Shown: positions 30,978-41,333, counted from the stretch's first letter. The stretch: DNA of 64,000 bases from an uncultured Gammaproteobacteria bacterium (GCA_964597575.1 CAZQXB010000002.1:5624-69623); one strand, 5' to 3'. Numbers and translations are program-made. The notes: a model not told the origin generated them from the sequence alone.

Positions 30978-31544
30978 ATGATGAACAAAAAAATCAAAAT
31001 ACTATTATACGGCGCGAACCTGTGGTACCTCGGTGAAGGCATGTTTGGCCCTCTCTTTGCCGTATTTTCTGAGCGCATCGGGGGAAACATTTTAGATATT
31101 ACCTGGGCATGGGCTGTATATTTAATTGTGAGCGGCATCATGATCATGTACATTGGCCGCCTGTCAGATAAAAAATTTGATAAAACAAACCTCATGATAA
31201 TAGGGTATGCTTTAAATGCTCTCGCCACTCTCGGCTATCTTTTCGTCAGCACCCAAGCTCAATTTTTCCTCATTCAAATTATTTTAGGTGTGGCCGCGGC
31301 ACTCGCTATTCCAACCTGGAATGCGCTGTATGCCAAATATGAAGATAGAGGAGCTGAAGGAGGTGAGTGGGGGCTTGCGACAGGAGAAGCAAAAATTTTA
31401 ACTGGGGTTGCCACCATTCTCGGCGGTCTCATTGTTACGTGGTTTTCATTCACCACCCTCTTTTTTATCATGGGACTTATTCAAGTAACTGCCTGCGTCT
31501 ACCAGGCACAAATCCTCCGTCTAGAGAAAAAAAAGAGTTTATGA
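30978..31544 (+). CDS. Half-size (about six-TM) MFS-type transporter
   Basis: MFS motif A (IGRLSDKKFDK) in a 188-aa protein with a clean stop overlapping the next ATG. Confidence 0.75.
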   Translation: MMNKKIKILLYGANLWYLGEGMFGPLFAVFSERIGGNILDITWAWAVYLIVSGIMIMYIGRLSDKKFDKTNLMIIGYALNALATLGYLFVSTQAQFFLIQIILGVAAALAIPTWNALYAKYEDRGAEGGEWGLATGEAKILTGVATILGGLIVTWFSFTTLFFIMGLIQVTACVYQAQILRLEKKKSL

Positions 31545-32119
31545 TGCACACAGAGAAAGTAAAAAAACAACTACTAGCCACACGTACATCTTTAGGGATA
31601 GTAATTCAAAGTAGCGGAAACAGTACCTGGAATGTATCTGAAGAGGTTGGTCTTTTTCTGCGAAATCTGATTATTCAAAGAAACGCGACGCATATTCTAG
31701 AAATCGGAACATCGATTGGATACTCTGCGTTATTCTTAGCCGAGGGTGCTCTTTCAACAAACGGCCACATAACAACCATTGAATCGCATGCCGAGCGACG
31801 CACAAAAGCAAAAGAGGCATTTACTAATGCAGGAGTAACAGACATCATCACCCTTGTTGAAGGTCATGCACCTGAAATATTTTCTTCTCTCACGGGCACA
31901 TGGGATTTTATCTTTTTCGATGCCACAAAATACGAACACACTTCCTATATTGAAGCCCTTCTCCCAAAACTCAAAGAACGCGTATGTGTCGTGGCCGACA
32001 ACTGCCTTAGCCACGCAAATGCCATGGCTCCATACATGGCATTTATGGAAACCCTTCCCCATTTTACCCACGAACTTCTCGAAAAAGGTTCTGGGTTATT
32101 TGTAAGTATTCGAGGGTAA
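31541..32119 (+). CDS. O-methyltransferase (COMT/YrrM-like)
   Basis: ILEIGTSIGYSAL, DFIFFDATK and VADN. Confidence 0.88.
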   Translation: MMHTEKVKKQLLATRTSLGIVIQSSGNSTWNVSEEVGLFLRNLIIQRNATHILEIGTSIGYSALFLAEGALSTNGHITTIESHAERRTKAKEAFTNAGVTDIITLVEGHAPEIFSSLTGTWDFIFFDATKYEHTSYIEALLPKLKERVCVVADNCLSHANAMAPYMAFMETLPHFTHELLEKGSGLFVSIRG

Positions 32120-32125
32120 GGCACT

Positions 32126-33844
32126 CTAGCCAAAGGTAAAAGTAAAAAGACGAAAACCAGAAGATTGTGGCATAAGACGAATCGTATGCTGCCCAAATAA
32201 TGGATCAGCTCCAAGAAGATAAAGATCTTCACTTGAAATGGTTGGCCCGGGTACGACGAGTCCGTCTTTCAGCACCTTCAAATCAACACTCTTTTTGAGG
32301 CCAGGACTCATCACACCAAAAATCTTTTGGGCTTCGTACTGAAAGACTACCGCGGCATTTGGGCCTGCAGCTTCAACATATTCTGCTTCCACCTTCCACG
32401 CGCCTACCAAATAAATGGTATTGGGTTCAACAACCTTAGGTTCTTCGTACACCACAACCTTGCCGGGCTCAATTAGACCATTTCCTATCCCCTCTGATCG
32501 CTCATACCCAAAGTAAGTTTCAGGGCTTTTCGAACGCACCCGCTCAGCCACCACATTTGGCTCACTCTCAAGCGGTAGATCAATATTAATACCGAAACGA
32601 TCGGCACGTTCCTGAAGCAACGATTGAATTTTCTTTTCTGTTTCCTCATAGTCCCCTTCTCCAATATGGTCGTATACGATATTACCGTCGAGGTCGATAA
32701 TATATTTTCGTGGCCAGTAGCTGTTTCCGTACGCATTCCATGTACCATAATTATTATCTAAAATAACAGGAAACGTAAGGCCGTATTTTTTCATCGCCTC
32801 CACTACATTATCTTTATTTTTTTCAAACGCAAATTCAGGAGTGTGAATACCAATAATGGTAAGGCCATTTTTGCGATATTTTTCATCCCATGCCTTTAGG
32901 TACGGAAACGTACGAATGCAATTAATGCAGCTATACGTCATAAAATCGAGCAAGATAATGTTTTTACCAATGCGTTCTTTCAAGGTAAATGGCCCACTGT
33001 TTACATATCCTGCCGGGTCTGTAATTTCTTGATACCGTGCATAATTTTTCCCCCCTGCTATACGTTCAGTATTTGTACATGTTTCATTTGTACACTGCGT
33101 ATCAAGGCTATTACCCACGCTCGTTTTTTCTTGCAAAAAATAATTTTCGAATTTCGTTACATCAAGATAACCATAGTCAAGAATAAGAGTTGAAATCTTT
33201 TTATCGATACCGAAGAAAATAAGGATACCAACCGCGATAAAAACCACACCAAGCCCGCGACGAAACAAACCGTTTGGATTAGCAAGTGCCGCCACTTTTG
33301 CCACCATCCTTCTTCCAAGAAGTCCAATAGCAAGTAGCATAAGCGCAAGCCCAAGCGCATACACAAACAAATACACCACACCCTTAAGAAAACTTACTGG
33401 GAGTATTGTAGCTAGAATGAGAAAGTACGTCGGTGAACAACTAGAAAACACTGGACCAAGTGCCGCCCCCACAAGGACATCACGCCATACCGACGTTCTT
33501 TCTCCTGCTAAATGCAGAGTTTGCTCGCTTTTACGCTGCAAACCAACCCTATTCATAACCCACGTCCAAGCTGTCGGGAAAAGAGTTGATAGACCAAGAA
33601 CAATAATAATAAGGGCAGAAATTGATTTCCACACACTTTCTGGAATATCAATAAAGAGAGTGCTCGCCTTTAGTAAAAGAGTAAAAGCAACAACGGAGAA
33701 GGTAAGGGATAGCGCAATGACATATGGGCGCAACCGGTGACCTTGGCCAATAGCTCCCCCCACAATAATGGGTAAAAGTGGCAACACACACGGTGCAAGT
33801 ACGGTTAAGACACCGGCAAAAAAAGAAGTAAATAAGAGAATCAT
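32126..33844 (-). CDS. DipZ-like fusion: CcdA/DsbD membrane domain plus thioredoxin domain
   Basis: LAPCVLPLLP and FSSCSP TM cysteines, thioredoxin YSCINCIRT, GIHTPEFAFEK and SPETYFG. Confidence 0.9.
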   Translation of the reverse strand: MILLFTSFFAGVLTVLAPCVLPLLPIIVGGAIGQGHRLRPYVIALSLTFSVVAFTLLLKASTLFIDIPESVWKSISALIIIVLGLSTLFPTAWTWVMNRVGLQRKSEQTLHLAGERTSVWRDVLVGAALGPVFSSCSPTYFLILATILPVSFLKGVVYLFVYALGLALMLLAIGLLGRRMVAKVAALANPNGLFRRGLGVVFIAVGILIFFGIDKKISTLILDYGYLDVTKFENYFLQEKTSVGNSLDTQCTNETCTNTERIAGGKNYARYQEITDPAGYVNSGPFTLKERIGKNIILLDFMTYSCINCIRTFPYLKAWDEKYRKNGLTIIGIHTPEFAFEKNKDNVVEAMKKYGLTFPVILDNNYGTWNAYGNSYWPRKYIIDLDGNIVYDHIGEGDYEETEKKIQSLLQERADRFGINIDLPLESEPNVVAERVRSKSPETYFGYERSEGIGNGLIEPGKVVVYEEPKVVEPNTIYLVGAWKVEAEYVEAAGPNAAVVFQYEAQKIFGVMSPGLKKSVDLKVLKDGLVVPGPTISSEDLYLLGADPLFGQHTIRLMPQSSGFRLFTFTFG

Positions 33845-33904
33845 ACGTTTTAACAATGAACAGACTGTGCACATGAATCGTGTTCATGTGCACTACTGAA
33901 ACTG

Positions 33905-34507
33905 TTAACTTTTCACTTGAGCCGCAATTTCCGTGACTGTTGTTGAACCGAGCCATTTCTTTATCATGTTTCCTTCTGCGTCCACCTGTACAAACGTATG
34001 CTGACTCGTCACCCCATATTTCTTTTTTAATTCTAACGATGAGTCATAGTCAATTTTTAACACCAAAAGCCCATCGGGAATAATACTATCTGCCAAACTT
34101 TTATTAGCCGCACGGCACGTTGGACACCATGGGGCATGAAAAAAAAGTACGGCAGTACCGCCCGCTTTTGCATAAGCCAATTTTTCTTTTGCATATATTT
34201 CGTATGAGCCTTTTTGAGCCACCACCATCATCGTTTCACTTTTCATCATCGCCTCGTCTTTTACAGGCGCCGGCATTACCGTATCCACGGTTACGTTCGC
34301 TTTCGTCTCCAACATCACCGCGCTATCCTTTTCCATATTATCACCTTTCATCATTGCATCACCCCGCACTTCCATCATATCGCCACTTTCCTTTTTCATC
34401 ATTGTGCCACCTTCTGAGACGTCTTGTTGCGCTACCCGTGCACAGCCCGCACCAATAACAAGCAATCCGACGACTATCCCAAAAACGGACGATGTACGTA
34501 TATTCAT
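33905..34507 (-). CDS. Thioredoxin-family lipoprotein with Met-rich linker
   Basis: IGAG-C lipobox-like motif, MMK-rich linker, FFHAPWCPTC and YGVTSQHTFVQVD. Confidence 0.88.
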   Translation of the reverse strand: MNIRTSSVFGIVVGLLVIGAGCARVAQQDVSEGGTMMKKESGDMMEVRGDAMMKGDNMEKDSAVMLETKANVTVDTVMPAPVKDEAMMKSETMMVVAQKGSYEIYAKEKLAYAKAGGTAVLFFHAPWCPTCRAANKSLADSIIPDGLLVLKIDYDSSLELKKKYGVTSQHTFVQVDAEGNMIKKWLGSTTVTEIAAQVKS

Positions 34508-34527
34508 ACAAATTATTTAAAAATAAC

Positions 34528-34896
34528 CTACAGATGCTTTGCAGCATGCCAATGGCCAATCACTTTTACAAGTACTGCTATAGCTAAAATGAGAAGAAGG
34601 CGCGTATCGTACATATAGGTAAACACATCGTATGCACTGACGAGTAGGAGCCCTCCAGCACACACCAAAAATGCGATTCGATCAACTAAACGGGTATGGA
34701 AAATCGCCCGCTCATCTTGTTCATTTTCTCGCCAAAAAAATACAGTCACAACTCCAAAAAGCAAAATGGCCACACCCATGAGTATTTTTTCGACCATACT
34801 TGGCGTAGCCATACCAAATGAACGTACAAGGAAAGCAATGACACCTAAAAAACCAATTAAAGAAAAAACAGAAAAGAGGTGGACAAATTTATTCAT
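34528..34896 (-). CDS. Four-TM membrane protein (DUF2178-like, DER motif)
   Basis: Hydrophobic helices flanking EQDERAIFH. Overlaps the HTH gene. Confidence 0.7.
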   Translation of the reverse strand: MNKFVHLFSVFSLIGFLGVIAFLVRSFGMATPSMVEKILMGVAILLFGVVTVFFWRENEQDERAIFHTRLVDRIAFLVCAGGLLLVSAYDVFTYMYDTRLLLILAIAVLVKVIGHWHAAKHL

Positions 34897-35092
34897 ATGA
34901 AAAAAGTGATTCTACCGTTACCTTAAAAAAACGTGCCAAGGAAAATGCGAGCAGTAGCGAAGGAATATAATTCCCCTTTTCGATAGCGATGATCGTCTGC
35001 CGACTAACACCAACAGCTACGGCTAAATCTTCTTGAGTCATATGACGTTTTTCTCGCCACATAAGAACTGAGTTTTTCATGGTTTTCCCCAT
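34889..35092 (-). CDS. XRE/Cro-C1 family HTH regulator
   Basis: [29 protein letters not shown]. Confidence 0.93.
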   Translation of the reverse strand: MGKTMKNSVLMWREKRHMTQEDLAVAVGVSRQTIIAIEKGNYIPSLLLAFSLARFFKVTVESLFSYE

Positions 35093-35121
35093 ATGCTACC
35101 ACTATAGCACGCATAAAAAGT

Positions 35122-35143
35122 AATGTAAAGTACACTTTACATT
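35122..35143. promoter_or_regulatory. Palindromic operator, probably for the XRE regulator
   Basis: AATGTAAAGT-ac-ACTTTACATT perfect 10-bp inverted repeat in the divergent promoter region. Confidence 0.65.
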
Positions 35144-35187
35144 TATACAGGGTCGCTCTATTCTGTATAACTTCGAGGCCATGGGCT

Positions 35188-35670
35188 ATGGTATACTATA
35201 TGAATAGTATGACCATTCTTATTTCATACAGTACCAATTCCGGTAGTACCTATGTGGCAGCACGCACCATTGCTTCCGTATTTGCCCCAAAATACAGGGT
35301 TTTCCTAAAAAAGGCAGATGAAACCACGGTGCGAGATGTTCTCTCGGCAGATATTATTTTTTTAGGTTCTCCGAGCTGGGATTTTGAAGGGAAAGAAGGG
35401 CAGCCACACGAAACAATGATTAAATTATTAAAACGTGTTGAAGGAAACGACCTCAGCGGAAAGCAGTGTTTTGTTTTTGGTTGCGGAGATTCTTCTTATA
35501 CCCACTTTTGCGGAGCAGTTGACATACTTGAAGCTTGGACGAAAAAACATGGCGCTACCGTTCATCTCCCCTCACTTCGACTCGACGAATTTTTCTTTCA
35601 CGAAAAAGAAAATACAGAAAAAACAAAAGAATGGGCCGCGACTATCCTTAAAAACCACTTTGGCTCTTAG
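35188..35670 (+). CDS. Flavodoxin
   Basis: YSTNSGST, LGSPSW and VFGCGDSSYTHFCGAVD. Confidence 0.9.
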   Translation: MVYYMNSMTILISYSTNSGSTYVAARTIASVFAPKYRVFLKKADETTVRDVLSADIIFLGSPSWDFEGKEGQPHETMIKLLKRVEGNDLSGKQCFVFGCGDSSYTHFCGAVDILEAWTKKHGATVHLPSLRLDEFFFHEKENTEKTKEWAATILKNHFGS

Positions 35671-35685
35671 CGAATTTGCTTCAAT

Positions 35686-36417
35686 TTATTTCTGAAGTTC
35701 ATTAATAACCCTTTCCATTTCATCATAATTTTCCCGGCCCATTTCTCCCCCCTTATACCGCTTCCACGCTTCTTGTCTCATAGCTTTGCGGTCAAGACGT
35801 GTTATGTCATGTCCTGCTGTTTTGCTAAGAGCTTCCTCCTCAAGCATTTTCTCTAAAAATTGTTTATCGTCTTTTGAGAAATTATAGGCTCCTTTGTTTG
35901 CCCGATACACCCCGCTCATTCGTCTTCCCAAACGGGACAGTCCTGTTTTTCGAAAAGACTGACCGACGCCCCCAAGATGAACTTCGTACGGATCTTTTTT
36001 AGAAGTTCCTTCATGAAACTTTTCCACCTTAGCGTGTTCGTGGACGGCTTGTCGATGAGCTCTTGAAGATTGGACATCTCGACTGGTCTCGGCTGATGTT
36101 CTCGTGTCGTAAATCGAATATCGAGAATCTTCCCCATGCGCTGCGCCTTGAGAGGTTTCGGTATGATGATTCAGATCAGCAACCGAGGTAACCGGAGCAT
36201 GACCCGCTAACCCCTGCAGATCCTGAACTGAAGTTACTGCGGGATGATTAAGGGCGACGGCATCGTGAATTGACGTAACAGGGCCATGGCCCGCAAGCGT
36301 ACCAATATCATGAACAGAAGTGACCGGTGGAGTATGGTGTTCACTTGGCTGAAATGTTGGGAGTGGCGCCCTTAAAGAAAGTGCAGGGCTGCCAAGATGG
36401 CTAATAGGGGGTTCCAT
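35686..36417 (-). CDS. Hypothetical protein with four His/PVTS-x-x-D repeats
   Basis: HTPPVTSVHD, HGPVTSIHD, HPAVTSVQD and HAPVTSVAD repeats, then a basic helical C-terminus. Confidence 0.75.
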   Translation of the reverse strand: MEPPISHLGSPALSLRAPLPTFQPSEHHTPPVTSVHDIGTLAGHGPVTSIHDAVALNHPAVTSVQDLQGLAGHAPVTSVADLNHHTETSQGAAHGEDSRYSIYDTRTSAETSRDVQSSRAHRQAVHEHAKVEKFHEGTSKKDPYEVHLGGVGQSFRKTGLSRLGRRMSGVYRANKGAYNFSKDDKQFLEKMLEEEALSKTAGHDITRLDRKAMRQEAWKRYKGGEMGRENYDEMERVINELQK

Positions 36418-36475
36418 ACAAAAAAGTAAAGCATCTGAAAAGAGTATACCCCTGACTCTCCGTCGAAGCCAGAGC

Positions 36476-37336
36476 CTAGCTAAAATGATGCTCTAATGCC
36501 TTCAAATTCCGTTTATCTGCTGACTGCGCGACAAGAGTCTTCTTTTGTAAAACAGGCAACTGATCTTCGTGAGTCGGAGTCTTCACTTCATAAAAAATAC
36601 CAACAGGAATCTGCTTTTCACCCCATTCTAATGTTTTTGCAAACGCTGCCGTACGATCGGTTCGATCAAATTCTTTGGGTAGTTCGTAAATATTTTTTTG
36701 AAAAAAGATATGTGTGTATTGCTTATTAAAGGTTACACATGGTTGCAGCACTTGAATAATGGCAAAACCCTTATGCTTTGCACCCTCAATCATAAGTTCT
36801 TTTAAACGTGGCACATCCCCGGCATAGGCTCTGGCTACAAATGTGGCTCCGGCTGCGAGTGCCATACGAAGGGGGTGAAGAGGTTCATCAATATTTCCTT
36901 TGGGAGTTGATTTTGATTGATAGCCTTTCGGGGAACGGGGTGATGTTTGTCCAGTCGTAAGGCCATATACCGCATTATCATGAAGCACGACCAACATATC
37001 GTGATTGCGCCTCGCGGCATGGGCAAAGTGATTTCCCCCTTCAGCCAAAGAATCGCCGTCGCCGGTAAACACCACAATATTGAGTTTGTGGTTCGTCATA
37101 GCAATTCCCGAAGCTACCGGAAGTGCCCTTCCGTGAAGCCCTTCAAAACTAGAGAGGTTAATAAAATTCACAATATGTCCGTGACACCCAACCCCCGCAA
37201 CGACCACCGTATTTTTATTTGACCACTTTTCTTGTTCAGCCGCATCTTTAAACGCTGTCCAAATACCAAAGTCTCCACACCCTGGGCACCAAGTAGGAGT
37301 TTGCGGACTGGCCATTCGCTCTGTGGAAGATGACAT
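36476..37336 (-). CDS. 2-oxoacid:ferredoxin oxidoreductase beta subunit
   Basis: WCPGCGD, LHGRALP, GDGD TPP motif, NAVYGLTTGQTSP and LQPCVTFN. Confidence 0.95.
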   Translation of the reverse strand: MSSSTERMASPQTPTWCPGCGDFGIWTAFKDAAEQEKWSNKNTVVVAGVGCHGHIVNFINLSSFEGLHGRALPVASGIAMTNHKLNIVVFTGDGDSLAEGGNHFAHAARRNHDMLVVLHDNAVYGLTTGQTSPRSPKGYQSKSTPKGNIDEPLHPLRMALAAGATFVARAYAGDVPRLKELMIEGAKHKGFAIIQVLQPCVTFNKQYTHIFFQKNIYELPKEFDRTDRTAAFAKTLEWGEKQIPVGIFYEVKTPTHEDQLPVLQKKTLVAQSADKRNLKALEHHFS

Positions 37337-37349
37337 ACAAAAAAGAAAT

Positions 37350-39068
37350 TTACATGGCCAACTGTTTTTTCACCGCCGCGATAATATCTTCTGGGAAAAA
37401 GGGTCGGCCCGAGTACCCAAGTAATTGGTGAGATATCCGAATCCCCGTCTGTTCAGCAATAAGGCCAGTGAGCTGTCCGCTATAATTATTTTCTACAATT
37501 AAAACTTGAGGTGCTTTGCGGATAAGTGTAGTAAGCGCGTCTTTTGGAAATGGTGACATCCAGGTCACATGAACATAGTTCACATGAGGAAGCTGTTTCA
37601 TCGCTTCGAGAATAGCCCCCTTATTACTCCCCCAAGACACAATAGTGAGTTCTGCATCTTTCGCACCATACACACTTGGCGCTTCCATATCTTCGAGCGC
37701 TACTCGCACCAGTTTGCCCATGCGCTTTTCCATTTGCGCTTCACGCATAGATATTTCCTCATTGGAATATCCAGATTCGTCATGCTCATCAGAATTAGCC
37801 ACCACACAATTCCCCACCCCTGGGATACTCCTTGGAGACACATGGTCGGGGGTAAGTGCATAGCGCTTATAGTTTTTTTCTGAGCGGTCCACAAACTTCC
37901 CACGAGAAAGGTACTCAGTGTTTTTTTTCTGTGGGAACATGGTAACATGCCCTTCGCACACATGTTTATCAACCAAAAGAACGACCGGAGTTTGATACTT
38001 ATCGGCCAAATAAAATGCCTGAGCTGTCATCCTCTGTGCTTCTTCTGCATCACCCGCAGCGAGGACGATACGAGGAAAATCTCCCTGGTGTGCATGAAGG
38101 ATAAACCGTAAATCCCCCTGTTCAGTCCAGGTGGGAAGCCCGGTCGCGGGAGCGCCTCGCATACCCTCAATAATAACAAGCGGGGTCTCAGTAATGCCCG
38201 CGAGCCCATACGCTTCGGTCATGAGGCAAAACCCTCCGCCAGAGGTGGCGACCATAGAACGCACACCGGCATATGAGGCACCGATCGCCATATTGATTCC
38301 AGAAATTTCATCTTCTGGCTGAATGCACACAAGCCCTTGCTCTTCCGCCACAGCCGCTAACGTATGAAGCACATTTGAAGTTGGAGTCATGGGGTAAATG
38401 GCCACAAACTGCACGCCGGCCTGAAGCGCACCGAGCGCAATCGCTTCGTTGCCTGTGATAACGAGCTGGGTCGGTGTTTTTGAAAGAATCTGTAAACGGC
38501 TGGTGACACACTGTTTAGCGGCAGAGAGCAGCGCCTCAAAACCTGCTTTTGCCACGGCTTTATTTTTCAAAACGATTTCTGGTTTTTTATCCCCAAATTC
38601 TTCTTCTAAAAGAGTAAACAAAAGATCAAGTGACCCACCTGTAAGTGCAACCAGTGCCCCGAGCGCAACGGTATTTTTCATGAGAATGGTTCCGCCGACG
38701 CTTTTCGCAATTTCGGCACACGGGAGACCGATACTTTCTATATGATTTGGAATTTCGGGAAGATTTTTTATGCGTGTGGAATCATAGAGCAATACTCCTT
38801 TCCGGGTAATACTTTGCACATGTCTTTTTACCGTCTCTTCGGTAAGAGCAACCAAAATGTCGACTCCTGTTTCTGTCGAAAAAACTTTTTCTTCTCCAAT
38901 AGTTAAAAAAAGCACATTGTGCCCTCCACGAATCACGGAGGGGTACTCGGTATAATCGCACACACTATACCCCGACCGACTCGCGAGCTTAGCAACCAGA
39001 AGTCCGGCTGCCATGATGCCAAACCCTGCCTCCCCACCAATAGCTAAAGTAAAACGTCCGTCGCTCAT
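37350..39068 (-). CDS. 2-oxoacid:ferredoxin oxidoreductase alpha subunit (gamma-alpha fusion)
   Basis: GGEAGFGI, EYPSVIRGGH, YPMTP, EDEI, ATSGGGF and TGLPTWTEQGD. Confidence 0.95.
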   Translation of the reverse strand: MSDGRFTLAIGGEAGFGIMAAGLLVAKLASRSGYSVCDYTEYPSVIRGGHNVLFLTIGEEKVFSTETGVDILVALTEETVKRHVQSITRKGVLLYDSTRIKNLPEIPNHIESIGLPCAEIAKSVGGTILMKNTVALGALVALTGGSLDLLFTLLEEEFGDKKPEIVLKNKAVAKAGFEALLSAAKQCVTSRLQILSKTPTQLVITGNEAIALGALQAGVQFVAIYPMTPTSNVLHTLAAVAEEQGLVCIQPEDEISGINMAIGASYAGVRSMVATSGGGFCLMTEAYGLAGITETPLVIIEGMRGAPATGLPTWTEQGDLRFILHAHQGDFPRIVLAAGDAEEAQRMTAQAFYLADKYQTPVVLLVDKHVCEGHVTMFPQKKNTEYLSRGKFVDRSEKNYKRYALTPDHVSPRSIPGVGNCVVANSDEHDESGYSNEEISMREAQMEKRMGKLVRVALEDMEAPSVYGAKDAELTIVSWGSNKGAILEAMKQLPHVNYVHVTWMSPFPKDALTTLIRKAPQVLIVENNYSGQLTGLIAEQTGIRISHQLLGYSGRPFFPEDIIAAVKKQLAM

Positions 39069-41233
39069 AGACCGCGTTCTTCAGAATGTAAAATCATTTT
39101 AATATCAAGAGCAATCACACGTTGTTCTGTTACGATCATTGGGTTAATATCCAATTCTTTAATACGAGGATTTTGAGCAACAAACTCGGAGATTTTCTCG
39201 ACCACTTCATAAAAAAGTTTGCGTGCTTTTGGCGGGGCTCCACGATACCCGCGGAGGAGTGTTTCAAGCGGAGTGCTGAGGAGCGCCTCGGCCACAGTGG
39301 AGCGCATAACGGGAGCTAAAAACATTGTATGCGGTTTCATAATTTCGGTATAAATTCCCCCGCGACCAACCACAACGATCGGGCCAAATTCTCTATCGCG
39401 CTTCGCTCCGACAAAGACTTCTACCCCACCCTCAATTTTTTCTTCAATAAGAATAGAAGCACTTTTATCTCCTTCTGATTGAAGCCGACGAATAAGATCG
39501 GTGAGCATGTGCCAGGCGGCTTCCAATTGAACTTCGTTCGGAATATCAGTCACGACACCATGAATATCTGTTTTATGAAGATTCTTTATCGAAGAAATTT
39601 TAAGAACGACTTTATACTCACACTGTTTAGCAAAAAATACAGCCTCTTCAAACGTGTGGACCATGCGAGAATTAGGCACCTCAACACCGAGTTCACGAAA
39701 AATCATGCCACCTTCATACGGGGTTAAAACGGCTCTCTCTTCACGACGAAGAATATCTTCCATTTCAGAAAATCTTCTCAGGGCTTTTTTTACCCCACTC
39801 GCACTTCCAGCTAAACCTGACTTCTTTAGTTCAGTTTGTTTTGCCCACCACCACATCGCACCGAGGGCCTTTACGGCGCGTTCAGGGTAGCGAAATGAAG
39901 GAATGCCGTGGCGGTGGAGAACATGCTCCCCTTGGGCCACCCGATACCCGCCCATAAATGCACAGAAAATAGGCTTACCAAATTTCTCCCCTACTTCTCC
40001 TACCACTTCCGCTACCTGCGCAATATCGGTCATGATTTGCGGGGTTAAAATAACGAGAAGCGCATCAACCGTTGATTCTTTGGCCACAATCGTCAAAGCC
40101 TCCCGGTACCGAACCGAAGTGGCATCGCCTAAAACATCAACCGGATTGTGAATTGCTGCTGCACGGGGCAACACTTCTTCTAAACGCTCAATGGTTTTTT
40201 CTTTGAGTGGCGCCATCGTCAGACCATATTGTTCAAGTGCATCGCTCGCAATAACCGCCGGACCTCCGGCATTTGAAATCACCGCCACATTTGGCCCACG
40301 CGGCACATCTTCAAAAGAAAAAGCTTGGAGAAGATCGAACATGTCTTCTACCCCTTCTGCCCGAATAATGCCGGCTTCGTTTAGGGCAGCCGCCAGGATC
40401 GTATCTTCACCTGCCATAGCACCGGTGTGCGACAGCATAGCAGCTTTCGCGGCTTCTGTTTTTCCAGGCTTAATCAGAATAACCGGTTGTTTTTTAGCAA
40501 TAGCTTTGGCCGTTTCAATAAATGCGCGCCCATCAGTAATGGATTCTAAATAAATTCCAACCGGTTCGTGTGGCGACATGTTTTTTGGCACCTTGATTTC
40601 ACTCGGTACATTGGCCCAATACGAAAGAACATCTGCTTCATGTAAGACTGTTTTATTCCCCAAAGTGACCACCTCAGCCATACCAAGCTCTGCCGCACGG
40701 GCCATGTCAAGCAGGCTCGACACCATCGCCCCAGATTGCGATAAAAAGCGAATATTCCCCGCACGATTATTTACTTCAGCAAAGGTGGCATTGAGTTTAC
40801 TCGCTGCGTGATAGAACCCTAAACAATTTGGCCCAAGAATAGTGAGTTCATACACATCAGCGAGGGCTGCTAATTTCTGCTCAAGCGCCTCACCCTCATG
40901 ACCCGCTTCTTTAAATCCGGCAGTAAATAAAACGAGAAACTTTGTTCCTTTCTTTGCGATTTCTTCAATAACAGGAAGAACAATTCCCGCCGGAAGTGAG
41001 ATAAGGGCGAGATCAGGAACAACAGGAAGCATCGCATATGAAGGATATGCTGTGATATCTAAGATTGTGTCGGCCTCAGGGTTCACCGGGTATACCTCAC
41101 CCTCAAACCCACCCTCAAGAATGTTACGAAGAACGATGTGTCCAATTTTTTTAGGATCACGTGACGCGCCAACAACCGCCACAGATCGCGGATGGAACAT
41201 GCGGAATAATTGTTTGGCATTTACTCGATGCAT
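39065..41233 (-). CDS. ADP-forming acetate/acyl-CoA synthetase (CoA-binding plus ATP-grasp fusion)
   Basis: PRSVAVVGAS, GPNCLG, SQSGA, SHTGAMAG phospho-His, NAGGP, HKTDIHGV and ELDINP. Confidence 0.93.
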   Translation of the reverse strand: MHRVNAKQLFRMFHPRSVAVVGASRDPKKIGHIVLRNILEGGFEGEVYPVNPEADTILDITAYPSYAMLPVVPDLALISLPAGIVLPVIEEIAKKGTKFLVLFTAGFKEAGHEGEALEQKLAALADVYELTILGPNCLGFYHAASKLNATFAEVNNRAGNIRFLSQSGAMVSSLLDMARAAELGMAEVVTLGNKTVLHEADVLSYWANVPSEIKVPKNMSPHEPVGIYLESITDGRAFIETAKAIAKKQPVILIKPGKTEAAKAAMLSHTGAMAGEDTILAAALNEAGIIRAEGVEDMFDLLQAFSFEDVPRGPNVAVISNAGGPAVIASDALEQYGLTMAPLKEKTIERLEEVLPRAAAIHNPVDVLGDATSVRYREALTIVAKESTVDALLVILTPQIMTDIAQVAEVVGEVGEKFGKPIFCAFMGGYRVAQGEHVLHRHGIPSFRYPERAVKALGAMWWWAKQTELKKSGLAGSASGVKKALRRFSEMEDILRREERAVLTPYEGGMIFRELGVEVPNSRMVHTFEEAVFFAKQCEYKVVLKISSIKNLHKTDIHGVVTDIPNEVQLEAAWHMLTDLIRRLQSEGDKSASILIEEKIEGGVEVFVGAKRDREFGPIVVVGRGGIYTEIMKPHTMFLAPVMRSTVAEALLSTPLETLLRGYRGAPPKARKLFYEVVEKISEFVAQNPRIKELDINPMIVTEQRVIALDIKMILHSEERGL

Positions 41234-41305
41234 AGAAGATGCACCTAGTATACCAAAATTTTTTCACTTCTCCCACTTTCAGACAGGCCCAAGGAAGGAA
41301 TAAAC

Positions 41306-41333
41306 AAAAACTCAGCCGGAAGGCTGAGTTTTT
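41306..41333 (-). terminator. rpsB-tsf terminator
   Basis: AAAAACTCAGCC-ggaa-GGCTGAGTTTTT. Confidence 0.85.
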
